Source of the DNA: Lama glama | Lineage: Eukaryota | Length of the DNA stretch: 64,000 nt | Assembly: GCA_028534125.1 (NCBI GenBank) | Contig: CM052832.1 | Coordinates: 13,766,001 to 13,830,000, forward strand | Direction: 5' to 3' | In this document: positions 48,301 to 61,165 of the stretch, in pieces | How the letters are laid out: each line of letters opens with the position of its first letter | Position numbering within the stretch: the stretch's first letter is position 1 | The notes under the pieces: generated by a model | What the model was told of the DNA's origin: nothing | Seen by the model: the letters and a program-made list of their open reading frames with translations, nothing else | The model's database searches: none | Made by a program: the position numbers and the translations under genes

Positions 48301-50074
48301 ATGTCAAAGATTTGTATTTCTCAGCTTGTTGTTAGCCTTTTAGATTTCATTTATAGTGTTTTTGACATAAAATGATTTTTTAAAAAATGGCTAATCCGTA
48401 TTTTTATTTGCTTTTTATCTTTGAGTTTTCAGTGTCAAATATATGTTTAAAAATCAGTTAAATTTTTAATTGTGTGATTTCGTTGAAGTATGTACTTGCA
48501 AAACTGCACTTCTAGAATTGCTCTTGTCAGAAATATTTTCTTGTCCTCTTTTCTTCCTCAGTAAGTTTATATATGTTAGTAAATTTTGTTTGTGTAAGTG
48601 TATCTACTACGGTGAGGCCCAGAGGCTTGCCAGATTTACCATGTTCCTTTAGATTACTTGAAACCAGCAACTTGTTGAAGTGCTAAAAGTGATGGGTGCT
48701 TAGGGATTCCTTTATTAAAAGTGAAGGAAAGACAGGTTGGTCAACTAGAATCCATTTTTACTATATTTTTTAGACTTGGTAGAATAACTGCAGTAATAAA
48801 CTTTTTTGTTTCTTTGTTTTCCACCTTAGGTAGGCTTTTCCCTAGTGTCCCCCAGATCTGGTCTACTACTAATGTTGGTTTGGGGACTAAGATCATTTTT
48901 GTATTGGCTAAAGTATTATTTTAATGCTTCTCTCACTGTAACTGAATTAATCCCAAGCAAGTAAGAAAATTCTGATAGCCAGGAGTGTTTTTTGAACTCT
49001 TCCTTCCCAGAAGCAATGCAAATAATGGTATAGGCAAGAAGAAATAGGAATATATTTATACTCTTACAGTTATTTTTACTGGATTTAAGATGTTATCATT
49101 CACTTGGTTCACCATTTTATGTACCACTAAGGAAAAAATACTGCCAATTAACCTGATACACCATTCACTGTAAGATGTGTCTTTTCAGAGATGTGAAATG
49201 GTGGGGGACATTTTCATGTTTGAATTTGTGAAATGCAGTAATACTGAGGATGTGCAGAATTGACAGCATGATTGATTGTCTTTTTTAAAGCTTTTTTGTG
49301 GAAAATTTCAAATATATATAAAATGAGAGAAGATGGCAAAATAAACTTTAATATATCCATCTCAACTTTAATGATTGTCAACTGTGGCTAATGTTGTTTC
49401 ATCTACATCTTCTGCTCCCCTCTATCTTATTTTAAAGCAAATCCCAGACATCATATTGTTTTGTAAGATATGGACTCTTAATTTTTTAAAAGACGACTAC
49501 AGTACTGTTATCACACATAACATTTTTTAAAAACAAGTTCAAATATCCAACAAGTATTCAAATTTCCCTGCTAATTTTAAGTTTGTTTGAGTCCTTACCT
49601 TGCCATTGTTTTAAAAGTCTCTCTGGTCTTTTTATTTATAGGTTCTCCTTTTTTTTTTTTCCCTTTGCAAATTTGTTTTTGCTATACTGCTTCATTGGTG
49701 GTGGTGTATACTTCTATATGATGGCACCTGCTGTCTTGTTGACTCTTGTGTGTGTGATGTTAGTAGCCTTTAATCATTGCCTAGATCCATTTTATTTAGG
49801 TCTTCAAAGTGGTAATGTTCTACTATTCTTTAATTTATTTATTGTTATACTTTTGTAAAGAGATACTTCACCTCATCTCTGGTTAACCAGAGAGACACTT
49901 CATATATATGACAGACTGGATAAATTCTTTCCAGTTTTCAGAATAAATAAGCTGGATTCCTAGCATCCTCCCAAATGACTGATAAAGATTTATTTGATTA
50001 TGAACTCACAGATTTAAACATTTTTGGTTCAATCCTGTTTGGTTTTGTTATGTGCAGCTTACATAGTTTTTGTT

Positions 50075-50435
50075 TTATATAGCTTTATAGAAGTATAATT
50101 TATATACCATAAAGTTCACCTGTTTAAAGTGTACAATTCAGTGGTTTTCAGTATGGTCACAGAGTCTTGCATCTTGCATTACCATGATCTAGTAATTTTG
50201 AAATGTTTCCATTACCTCAGAAAGAAACTCTGTACCCATTAGCAGTGACTCCTCCTTACCCCCCATGCTACCTGACCTCCAGTCATAGGCAACCACTAAT
50301 CTTTCTGTCTCCATAGATTTTCCTAGGCTGGACATTTCATATACATGGAATCATACAGTATATGGTCTTTGTGACTGGCTTCTTTGACTTAGCATGTTTT
50401 CAAAGTTCATGCATTTTATAGCATGTATAGTTATT
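50075..50435 (-). mobile_element. LINE-1 3' end (L1MB-like) within older L1 remnants (~49290-51100)
   Basis: agctttatagaagtataatttatataccataaagttcacc...tggaatcatacagtatatggtctttgtgactggcttctttgacttagcat. Confidence 0.75.
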
Positions 50436-53400
50436 TTTATTGATAGTCCTATCTTTGGCCAGAGTCCCTTCATGATGGCCCCTGAGTCCTTTTGACTCAG
50501 CCTGAAGCATCTTTGATAGCTTTTTGTTTTCTGGTGTAACAGTTTGTCCAGACTTGTACATTTTATGCCCCAGACAGGAAATAGCCCTTCCTCTAAGAAT
50601 CCCTTTAGTGGGAAATGGCGTTTGTAGATCACAATCTGGGCACTTAAGGTGCTTATTTCTACCGAGTTAGTCATTGTTTCTAGGCCTTTTCTGTGGTTAG
50701 AGTTAGGAAATAAGTTGTGTTTTTTCTCTTTAAAAAAAATGAGTTATACTTAAAAATCAAATTAAATGACCCAGGGGCTTTTCCTTTCCTTCTTTGATTT
50801 TACATCTCTGCCTCCTTTATCCCACACTGAAAACCCCAGTTCTCAACAGTATCAACATGATTATTCACTTTCTTTTCCCACAGTGTAAATACAAAATAGT
50901 TTCAGAATGACAGTGTCAACACTACCATCACCAATATGATTATTGAAGAAAGTTAATGATTTCTTTTTGATGTTGTTCTTCGGGTATAGTATTTCACTAG
51001 AGATATAGAGTCAAATTACTGAGTTTTAAAGTTAAGTGGGCTAGTTCTTTGCTGTGTGATTATGTTACCACCTGGTACACAGATTAATTTGTTTCATTTT
51101 TGCTTTCATTTTACATCATCTTTGGCTTTTTTAAGTCTTGTAGAACTTGGGTCATTGTGTTCTTAGTTTAAAATGAATATTATGTACAGTAATTTGTGAT
51201 TATGTTTATTTAGAGTGTGGCTTCTGAAGCATACTGTCATAAGCCAAAGGGTAATGGTGATTATCAGAATGTACGGAGTAGGCTTTCTTCTTTGTCCTGT
51301 AAGAAGATCAGTCGTATTACCAGTCCTTCAGATTTTTCAAGAGACCCTGAAAATCTTTTTTTAAACTGTGATTCTCAAACTATTTTGATTTTTTTTCCTA
51401 ACTTGATAAACAAAGGTTTCAGGGCAGGATTTGGCTTACAGCCTGCAGTTTGTAATCTCTGCCATAGAATCTTCAGGGTGAGGGTTAGTCGTCAGTTGGC
51501 CTAATTAACAGGCTTAATACTGTCTTCAACACTGTCTCCTAAAGTTACAGTAAGTACAGTTGTGGAGGAGCCCTGTGGTCTGTGTGCCTCTTACTGGAAG
51601 ATTAACTTTGGGAATTTGGAAAAGATCCATGAGGTGAGCTATGAAGACCGGAGTATCTAGTTTTTCAATAACTTTAACAAGGAATGGTTTCAGAAAGTTG
51701 TCAAAAACCACAGAATAAGTTAAATATACTTTGTTCGTTTTCAGAAAAGTATAGAAGCACTGGATACATAAGTTAATTGGCAAGAGCTAGATAAATAAAA
51801 ATCATATTCATTTGTACCATGTTATACCTTTGGTTATATAGATGAAGATTAAGTCCAGATGTAATTCATTGCTGTTGGGTGACAAGTTTATTGGTGGCTT
51901 AAATGCCTTGGGCAGTTTTTATAGGTATTTTAGGATAGCTTATCAAAAAGTTTGAGAACATTTAATATATGTGTTAATCAGCATATGAGACTTGTTACTA
52001 GTAGTGGTGAACAGTTATCAATGGCATGAAGTTTGGTCTTGGTACCATGTGTCATGTTGATAACCTGTATGTATGAAATTTACTCAAATTCTAAATTCTT
52101 TATTCTGAGTGAGTAGGCATTTTAAACAAGGCTAACTGTCCTTTTGGGCATGGCCTTATGAATTTTTGTCTCCAGAAATACTAAGATAGTCCTATTTTGT
52201 GACTAATTATAAGTGTAATTTATGGGCAACTGTATCTTACTCACTTTGCTCTTGTTGTGGTACTGCTCTTCTGCCTGTGAATGTCATTTCAATCAAGCAG
52301 TTTGTCAGAGATGTCACATTCTGTCTACACATGAGCTTGGTGGCAAGCTCCCTTGATACTCTTTTTCTCTTCTATGACTGCCTGTGCCTTTGAGAATAGA
52401 TTTTGCAGGAATTGTATTTTGCCTATTTCTTTCTTTACTAGTATTAAGAATATAATAAGATAAATTCGGTAACTTATGCTCATGTTTCTAGGTGGAAGGA
52501 TAATATAGGTATATGCTCATATACTGTTTACCAAAAAGAGCTTGTCTTTTTGAATCACTTAGTCCCAGGTTCCACCTTGCCTCGAACACAGTTGTTGGAT
52601 GAACTTGGACAATGTATTTTTTGAGTTCGTTGAGTCTGAGTTGCCTTGTCTATGGCAAGGTTCTGATGATGAAATTGTGTATTAGTGCCTAGCCCAGTAC
52701 TGAGCTGGAGTAAGTGCTTTGGTGACTACTCCCATCCTCCTGCTTTCTTCCTTACCTTAGATGGGCACAAAGAGCTTCTTGAATTAGCAGTTTATCCGAA
52801 GTCATGGAGCCCTGGTGAACTATAGAGTTTGGGGTCAAGCTTAAGTCTCCTGACACCAGAGACTTCGGCTGTAACTAATACCTCTGCCGTATCTCCTGTA
52901 TCTTTGCTTTCCAGTCCTCCTACATTTTTACCACCTTCTTGCTAAAGGAATTTTCCTAAAACACTGCTTTTGTAGAGTCACTCTGCTGCTTAAATTTCTT
53001 GATGATTTCCTTCCACATGAGATACTTCAACACTTGACATACAATGCTCTTCACAGCTCCAGAGTCTAGTTCCATTAGGGAATTGGGTGGGGTATAATGG
53101 TCTTCAATTGAAGAATGGTGAGTAACAGCTGAAAATGAAAGAGAAGATACTTGCTTGTATGTATCTCTTTTCTAGGCACTTGGAATACAGGCAGTGAGCA
53201 AAATAAAGTCTGTCCTCATGAAACGTTCTGGGAGTGTGGGAAGGAAGAAGTGTCAGGTGCTGAAGAAAAATAAAGCAGGGTAAAGAGGTAGGGGAGGGCA
53301 TGCCTCTGACTGCTGTTTTATATAGGAGAGTCAAGGAAGTTCTCTGAAAAGGCAACACTTTCACATAGACCTAAGGAGATAAAGTCAGAGATGGGGTGGG

Positions 53401-54046
53401 GACGGGCAATGAAAAAGTTAGATCATGTAAGGCCTTATAGGCTATTGTGAAAGCATCTATTTTGAGTGTAGTGGTTGTTTAATAAATAATGTTATTATAT
53501 ATTAATGGTTTATTAAAGATCACCACTATAGTTGAGTCTAAAATATTGTCTGTGGAAACCAAGGCTGCAGGAGTTAGGAGATCACAGATTGCCATCTAGT
53601 GGCTATTTATCATAAATGTGGATAAGCCTTCTAGAAAATAATCATAATCTCTACAGAAGTTTGTGTTGCCAGCTTAGTCTTAGAGTACAAAGTGTGGATG
53701 CCTGAAACAAGCCTTTATTTATGAATAATTTGAGAGTAAGTAACAGACATTGTACACCTTTACCCCTCAATACTTCACATTCCTTTAGGAAAAGGACTTT
53801 CACTTATATAATCACAGTAGAATTATCAAAATAGAAAATAAAGCATTTATAAAATATTTAATTTAGATCTTATTCAAATTTTGCCAGTTGTCCCAATGTC
53901 CTTTATAGAAAAAAAAAGTTTTTTTCTAGTCTAGTATCTAACCCAGGATCATGCGTTGCATTTAGTTTTTGTGTCTCTTAAATCTAGAACAGTTCCTTGC
54001 CTGCCTTTGTCTTTCCTGACATTAATATTAAGAATACAAGCCATTA

Positions 54047-54206
54047 GCACAGGGAAATATACACAAAATGTTATGATAAATCATAGAGAAAAAAATGTGA
54101 CAATGAGTGTGTATATGTCCATGAATGACTGAAAAATTGTGCTGAACACTGGAATTTGACACAACACTGTAAAATGATTATGAATCAATAAAAAATGTAA
54201 AAAAAA
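54047..54206 (+). mobile_element. Young 5'-truncated LINE-1 3' end with 17-bp TSD
   Basis: Ends aataaaaaatgt(a)n; perfect direct repeat aagaatacaagccatta at 54030-54046 and 54207-54223; sits in an older L1 remnant. Confidence 0.88.
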
Positions 54207-56074
54207 AAGAATACAAGCCATTAATTTTCTAGAAAGTCTCTCAGTTTAAATTTTTGTGTTTCCTCATGTTTCAGGTTATGCATGTTGGTACTATGTAAGT
54301 GAAATGTATCTTCCTTGGTGCATCACATCAAGAGACTCATTATATGCATCCCAGTATTGGTAATGTTACCTTTGACTGCTTAGTTAAGGTAGTGACTGCC
54401 AAATTTCTCTACCATAAAACTGTGACTTTTCTTTTCCCCTTTGCAATTCATAAGTTATTTGTGGGGAGATACTTTGACCTATGTAAATAACTTTCCTCTT
54501 TGAAATTTCACTATTTTAGCATTCATCGTTGATTCTTACCTAGATCAGTTATTAATATAGTGGTTACAAAATGGTAATTATCTAATTCTACCATTTCCTT
54601 CTGTAGTTATTGGTCAGCATACTGTTATTAGAAAAATGCACTTATCATTGATTTGTTCATTGTCATAGTCATCATCTTGGCATGAACATATGAAGTCCCT
54701 TTTATTCAGTGAGTTTTAATCCATTACTCTCATTATTTCAAATTCTTTCATATTTAGCCTTTGGGAGCTCCTTAAAGCTGGCTTCTTGTCCTTTGACGTG
54801 TTTCCTTTCTAATTTGAGCAGTTTTATACTTTATGGCACAAGATATTCTAGATTCATCCTGTACTTTTCCTGCCCCAACCGTGGTATCACTCACTTTTGA
54901 GGAACTCTGGTTCCTTATAGTGATGCTTATTTAGGAAACAAGACTTGGCTGTGATTATAAGTTCTTAAAAATTTTTATATTGGACAGTATGTTGGGATAG
55001 TAGGTTTCTGTGACATCACTGTCCTTTATTTCTGGTGAAAATCTTACATGACAAAACCTGTGATTATTATTATTCTTGGGTGCGTTCTTTGACATTGCCA
55101 TATACTAAGGCTACTGGAACAGGGATAATTAATACTGTAATTAAAGCTCCATATTTCCACTTTTTAAATAATACCATTTTAGAATGCGTGATTAAGAAGT
55201 AATCTCAAATACTGAATACATGAAGACATATATTAGTTTAGAAGACTCAGATTTAAATAATAATTAGTTCTTCCTAAATTAATATATAAATTTTCTACTC
55301 CTGTTAAGAACTAAACAATATTCTGTTAAGAACTAAAGCCAGTTCCAAACTTTATGGAAAATATAAATGTAAGAATAATAAAAAAAATTCAGAAAAGTGT
55401 AATCCATTTTGAGTTTTTTTTAATATGGTATGAGAAAATGTTCTAATTTAATTCTTCTATATGTAGCTGTCCAGTTTTTCTAGCACCACTTATGGAAGAG
55501 GCTGTCTTTTCCATTGTGTATTCTTGCCTCCTTTGTCATGGATTAATTAACCATAAGTGCATGGGTTTATTTCTGGGCTCTTAATTCTGTTCCATTTATG
55601 TGTTTGTTTTTGTGCCAGTACCATACTTCGTTTGTTTTTAATGTTTGTATATATATATTTTTTATTGACGTATAGTCAGTTTACAATGTTGTGTCAATTT
55701 CTACCATACTGTTTCGATTACTGTACCTTTGTAGTAGTGTGAAGTCAGGAAATGTGACACCTCTAGCTCTCTTCTTTCTCAAGATTGTTTTAGCAATTCA
55801 GGGTTTTTTGTGTGTGTGTGTTTCCATACACATTTTAGAATTATTTGTTTTAGTTCTGTGAAAAATGCCATTGGGGTTTTAATAGGGATTACATTGAATC
55901 TGTAGATTGCCTTGGATAGTATGGTAATTTGAACAATATTAAGTCTTCTAATCTGTGAACATGGTATATATCTTTCCATCTGTGTTGTCTTCAATTTCTT
56001 TCATCAGTGTATTGTCTGAGTACAGGTCTTCTACCTCCTTAGTTAAATTTACTCCTAGGTATTTTATTCTTTTT

Positions 56075-56364
56075 TTTTAAATTTTATTTTATTGAGTTAT
56101 GGTCAGTTTACAATGTTGTGTCAATCTCCAGTGTAGAGCACAATGTTTTAGTTATACATGAACATACATATATTCATTGTTGCATTCTTTTTCATGGCGA
56201 GCTACCACAAGATCTTGTATATATTTCCCACGGTGAGCTACCACAAGATCTTGTATATATTTCCCTGTGCTATACAATGTAATCTTATTTATCTATTCTA
56301 TATGTACCTGTCAGTATCTACAGATTTCGAGCTCCCAGTCTGTCCCTTCCCAGCCCCTTCCCCC
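56075..56364 (-). mobile_element. Young LINE-1 3' end nested in the older L1
   Basis: Same family as 60866-61165 in reverse; flanked by attttattcttttt on both sides. Confidence 0.8.
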
Positions 56365-59300
56365 ATTTTATTCTTTTTGGTGTGATGGTCAGTTGGATCG
56401 TTTTTTAATTTTTCTGATAGTTCATTATTAATGTATAGAATGCAATAGATTTCTGTATATTAATTATGTATCCTGTAACTTTATCAAATTCATTGATGAG
56501 CTCCAGTAGTATTTTGGTGGTGTCTTTAGGATTTTGCACGTGTAGTGTCACCTGCAAACAATGACTGTTTTATTTCTTTCTTTACGATTTGGATCCTTCT
56601 TTCTTTTTATTGTCTAATTGCTGTGGCTAGGACTTCAAATACTATGTTGACTAAAAGTGGTGAGAATGGGCATCCTTGGCTTGTTTCTGATTTTAGAGGA
56701 CATACATTCAAGTTTCCACTGTTGAGTATGACGTTAACTGTGGGTTTATTATTTATGGTATTTATTTATGTTGAGGTATGTTCCCTGTATGCCCACTCTG
56801 TGGAATTTGTGTCATAAATGGATGTTGAGTTTTTTGTCAGAAGCCTTTTCTGCATCTATTGAGATGATCATACGGTTATTATTCTTCAATGTGTTAATGT
56901 GGTGTATCACATCTGTTGATTTGTGGATATTGAACTGTCCTTTAATCCCTGAGATGAATTCCGCTTGGTCATGGTGTATGATCCTTTTAATGTATTATTG
57001 AATTTGGTTTGCTAATTTTTTGTTGAGAATTTTTGAATCTGTATTCATCAGTGATATTGGCCTGTAGTTTACTTTTTTGTGTGATATCTTTCATTTTGAT
57101 ATCAGGTTGATGCTGGCCTCATAGAATGAGTTTCGAAGCATCCTTCCTCTGAAATTTTTTGGAATAGTTTGACAAGAATAGGTATTACTCTTCTCTAAAC
57201 ATTTGGTAGAATTTACCTGTGAAGCCATTTGGTCCTGGACTTTTGTTTGTTGGGTTTTTTTTGTTTTTTGTGGGCTTTTTTTTTTTTAATTGCTGACTTG
57301 GTTTCCTTACTGGTAATTGGTCTTTATATTTTCTATTTCATCCTGATTCAGGCTTGGGAAATTGTACATTTCTAGGAACTTGTCCATGTCTGCTAAGTTG
57401 TCTGTTTTATTGGCGTTTAGTTGTTTGCAGTAGTCTCTTATGATCCTTTGTATTTCTGTGGTGTTGGTTGTAACTCCCTTTTGCATTTCTGATTTTATTG
57501 ATTTGGCCCCTCTTTTTTTCTTGATAAGTCTGGCTACAGGTTTATGAATTTTGTTTATCTTCCCCCCTCCCAAGAGCTCTTAGTTTTATTGATCTTTTTT
57601 ATTGTTTTTTAAGTCTATTTCATTTATTTCTGCTCTAATATTTATGATTTATTTCCTTCTATTAACTTTGGGTTTGATTCCTTTTTGTTTTTCTAGTTCC
57701 TTTTAGGTATAAGATAAAGTTGTTTATTTGAGATTTTTCTTGTTTCCTGAAGTAGGCTTTTTTCACAGTAAACTTCCCTCTTAGATTGTGGTGTTTTCCA
57801 TATATTTTGGGTTGTGGTGTTTTCATTTTCATTTATCTCCAGGTATTTTTAATTTCTGCTTTGATTTCTTCAGTGATCCATTGATTGTTTAGTAGCGTAT
57901 TGCTTAGCTTCCACATGTTTGTGGTTTTTGCATTCTTTTTCTTATAGTTGATTTCTGGTCTCAGCATTGTGGCTAGAAAAGATGCTTGATAGTACTTCAA
58001 TTTTCTCAAATTTGCTGACTTGTTTTGTGGTGTAGTGTGTGATCTATCCTGATAACTGTTCCATGTGCACCTGAAGAGAACATGTATTCTGCTACTTTTG
58101 GATGAAATGTTCTATATAGATCTATTTAGTTCATTTGGCAGCATATACGTGAACCTTGTTTTTATATTCATTCAGCTCTTCTGTGTCTTTTGACTGGGAT
58201 AGTTAGTCCATTTACATTCAAAGTAATTATTGTTAGATACGAACTTACTGCCATTTTGTTAATTGTTTTTCAGTTTTGTTCTTTTCTTCTTTTGTTCTCT
58301 TCCTTTATGCTTTGATGACTGTCTTTAGTGTTATTTGGACTCCTTTTTCTTTTTGTGTGTGTGTATCTATTATAAATTTTGGTTTGTGGTTACCATAGGT
58401 TTACATATAGCCATCCATATATATATATTTGTACTCCCCTCCCCCCATGATTACAATTTTTGACATTTTTTACTTCTTTTTGTTTTGTGTATCCCTTAAC
58501 TACCTGTTGTGTTTATTACTTTGTCTTTTAATCTTCCTACTAGCTTTGTATTTGGTTGATTTACTACCTTTACTGTGTATTTGCTTTTACCAGTGAGATT
58601 TTTCCCTTCCATAATTTTCATACTTCTAGTTGTGGCTTTTTTTATTTCTACATGGAGAAGTTCCTTTGACATTTCTTACAAAGCTGGTTTCATGGTGGTG
58701 AACCCTTTTAGCGTTTGCTTGTCTTTAAAACTTTTGATCTCTCCTTCAAATCTAAATATCAGCCTTGCTAGGTAGAGTATTCTTGGTTGTAGATTTTTCC
58801 CTTTCATCACTTTAAATATATGGTGCCACTCCCTTTTGGCCTGCAGAGTTTCTGCTGAAAAGTTAGTTGGCAGCCTTACAGGAGTTCACTTGTATTTAAC
58901 TTGTTTTTACCTTACTACTTTTAATATTCTCTCTTTATCTTTAGATTTTTGCCATTTTAATTATAGTGTTTCTTGGAGTGGTCTTCTTTGGGTTGATCCT
59001 GCTTGGGACTCTGTGCTTCTTGGACCTGGATGTCTGTTTCCTTTCCCGGTTTAGGGAAATTTACAGCTATTATGCCTTCAAACACATTCTCTGCCCCTTT
59101 CTCTCTCTCTTCTCCTTCTGGGATCCCTATAATGTGTTAGTATGCTTGATGTTGTCTTAGAGGTCTCATCTAGTTTAGTATTAATTCCTCCTAGTGTACT
59201 TTTTAATTTCAGTTGTATTTTTCATCACCGTTAGGTTCTTTTTTATATTTTCTAATTCTCTCTTACAAAGTTCTAATTTCTCATTCTGTTCATTCTTCTC

Positions 59301-60334
59301 CTGAGTTCCTCAATCATTATATTCATTACCTTGAATTCTTTATTGGGTAGATTGCCCAGCTCTACTTCACTTAGTTCTTCCGGGGTTTTATCTTGTTCTT
59401 CATTTGGAAGTTGTTCCTCTGTTGCCTCATTTTATCTAACTTGCTGTTTTTCTATGTATCTGGTAGCTTGCTTATGTTTCCCAACCTTGGAGAAGTAGCA
59501 TTTTATAGGAGATGTCTTATGTGCCCCAGCAGTGCGCTCTTCCCTCTGGTCACCGAAATATGTGTTCTAGGGGTTCCCCCTATGTGGGCTGTGCAGGTCC
59601 TTCTGTTGTGGCAGGCTGACTACTGTGGGCAGTCTGGTTGGTGGGGCTGGGTCATGAGGTGGCTGGCTGCAGAGCCCCGGGAGTCCGAGGGCTAATGCTG
59701 GGTTACTGTGGGCAGAGTCAGGTTCTGGGGTTAGGGGGGCAGGGTTCACTGATCTAGTGTCAGTCTGCTGGTGGGTGGGGCCAGTTTCTGACATGGCTGG
59801 CTATGGATTCTGGGGTGTTCTAAAGCTGGTCCTGGCCCTCTGGTGCATGGGACTGGATCCTGAAGTGGTTGGGGAGTCTAGGGTATCTTGGAACTGGTGT
59901 TAGCCTGCTAGTGAGTGGGGCTGGGGCCCAGGGCAGCTGCCTGAGGGTCCCAAGGTGTCTCCTAGCTGATGTTGGCCTGCCACTGGGTGTGTTGAATCTT
60001 GCCATGGCAGGCTCTGGGGCTGTGGTGGTCTTGAGGCTGGTGTCGGCCCCCTGGTGGGCAGAGCTGAGTTCTGGCTACAGGATACTGGGGATCTGGGGGT
60101 TAATGCCTTTGCACTGGTGTGTGGGGCCAGATCCTGGGCCCTCTGGTGGACAGGGCCATGTCCAGGATGGCTGTGGGCTCAAAGGGTCTTAAGGCAGCCT
60201 ACCTGCTGGTGGGTGAGTCCATGTCCTTACCCAACTAGATTACTTGGTTAAAGCCGCCTAGTACTGGAGACTTGTGGGTGGGGCTAGGTCCCCTGCTAAT
60301 AAGTTAGAGGTAGGATTCTAAAGTGGTGGTTGCC

Positions 60335-61165
60335 CTGTTGGTGGGAATGCAGTTTGGTGTAGCCATTGTGGAAAACAGTATGGAGATTCCTCAAAAGACT
60401 AAAAATAGACTTGCCGTATGACCCAGCAATCCCACTCCTGGACATATATCCAGAAGGAACCCTAATTCAAAAAGACACCTGTACCCCAGTGTTCATAGCA
60501 GCACTATTTACAATAGCTAGGACATGGAACAACCTAAATGTCCATCAACAGATGACTGGATAAAGAAATTGTAATATATTTGTACAATGGAATACTATTC
60601 AGCCATAAAAATGACAATATAATGCCATTTGCAGCAACATGGATGTCCCTGGAGAATGTCATTCTAAGTGAAGTTAGCCAGAAAGAGAAAGAAAAATACC
60701 ACATATCACTCATATGTGGAATATTAAAAAAAAAAAAAAAGCCCAGAGGCAGGTATAGCTCAAGTGGTAGAGTATATCCTTAGCATGCACAAGGACCTGA
60801 GTTCAATCGCCAGGGCCTCCTCTAAAAATAAATAAACCTAACCCCCCCCAAAAAAAAAACGCCCACAAGTTGAATATAAAACAGAAACAGACTCACAGAC
60901 ATAGAATACAAACTTGTGATTGCCAGTGGGAGGAGGGTGGGTAGGGACAGACTGGGAGTTTGAGATTTATAGATACTGACAGGTATATATAGAATAGATA
61001 AACAAGTTTCTACTGTATAGCACAGGGAAATATTTTTAAGATCTTGCAGTAACTCAGTGAAAAAGAATATGAAAACGAATATATGTATATTCATGTCTGA
61101 CTGAAAAACTGTGCTGTATGCCAGAAATTGACACAACATTGTAAACTGACTAATTCAATAAAAAT
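60335..61165 (+). mobile_element. Young LINE-1 3' fragment (ORF2 C-terminus + 3'UTR) nested in older L1 5'UTR
   Basis: [21 protein letters not shown] and MPFAATWMSLENVILSEVSQKEKEKY; TSD aaagtggtggttgcc 60320-60334 vs aaaatggtgcttgcc 61166-61180. Confidence 0.9.
60746..60860 (+). mobile_element. tRNA-derived SINE (vic-1-like) nested in the young L1
   Basis: ggtatagctcaagtggtagag...gagttcaatcgccagggcctcc + tail; flanked by (a)n-gccca at both ends. Confidence 0.85.
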
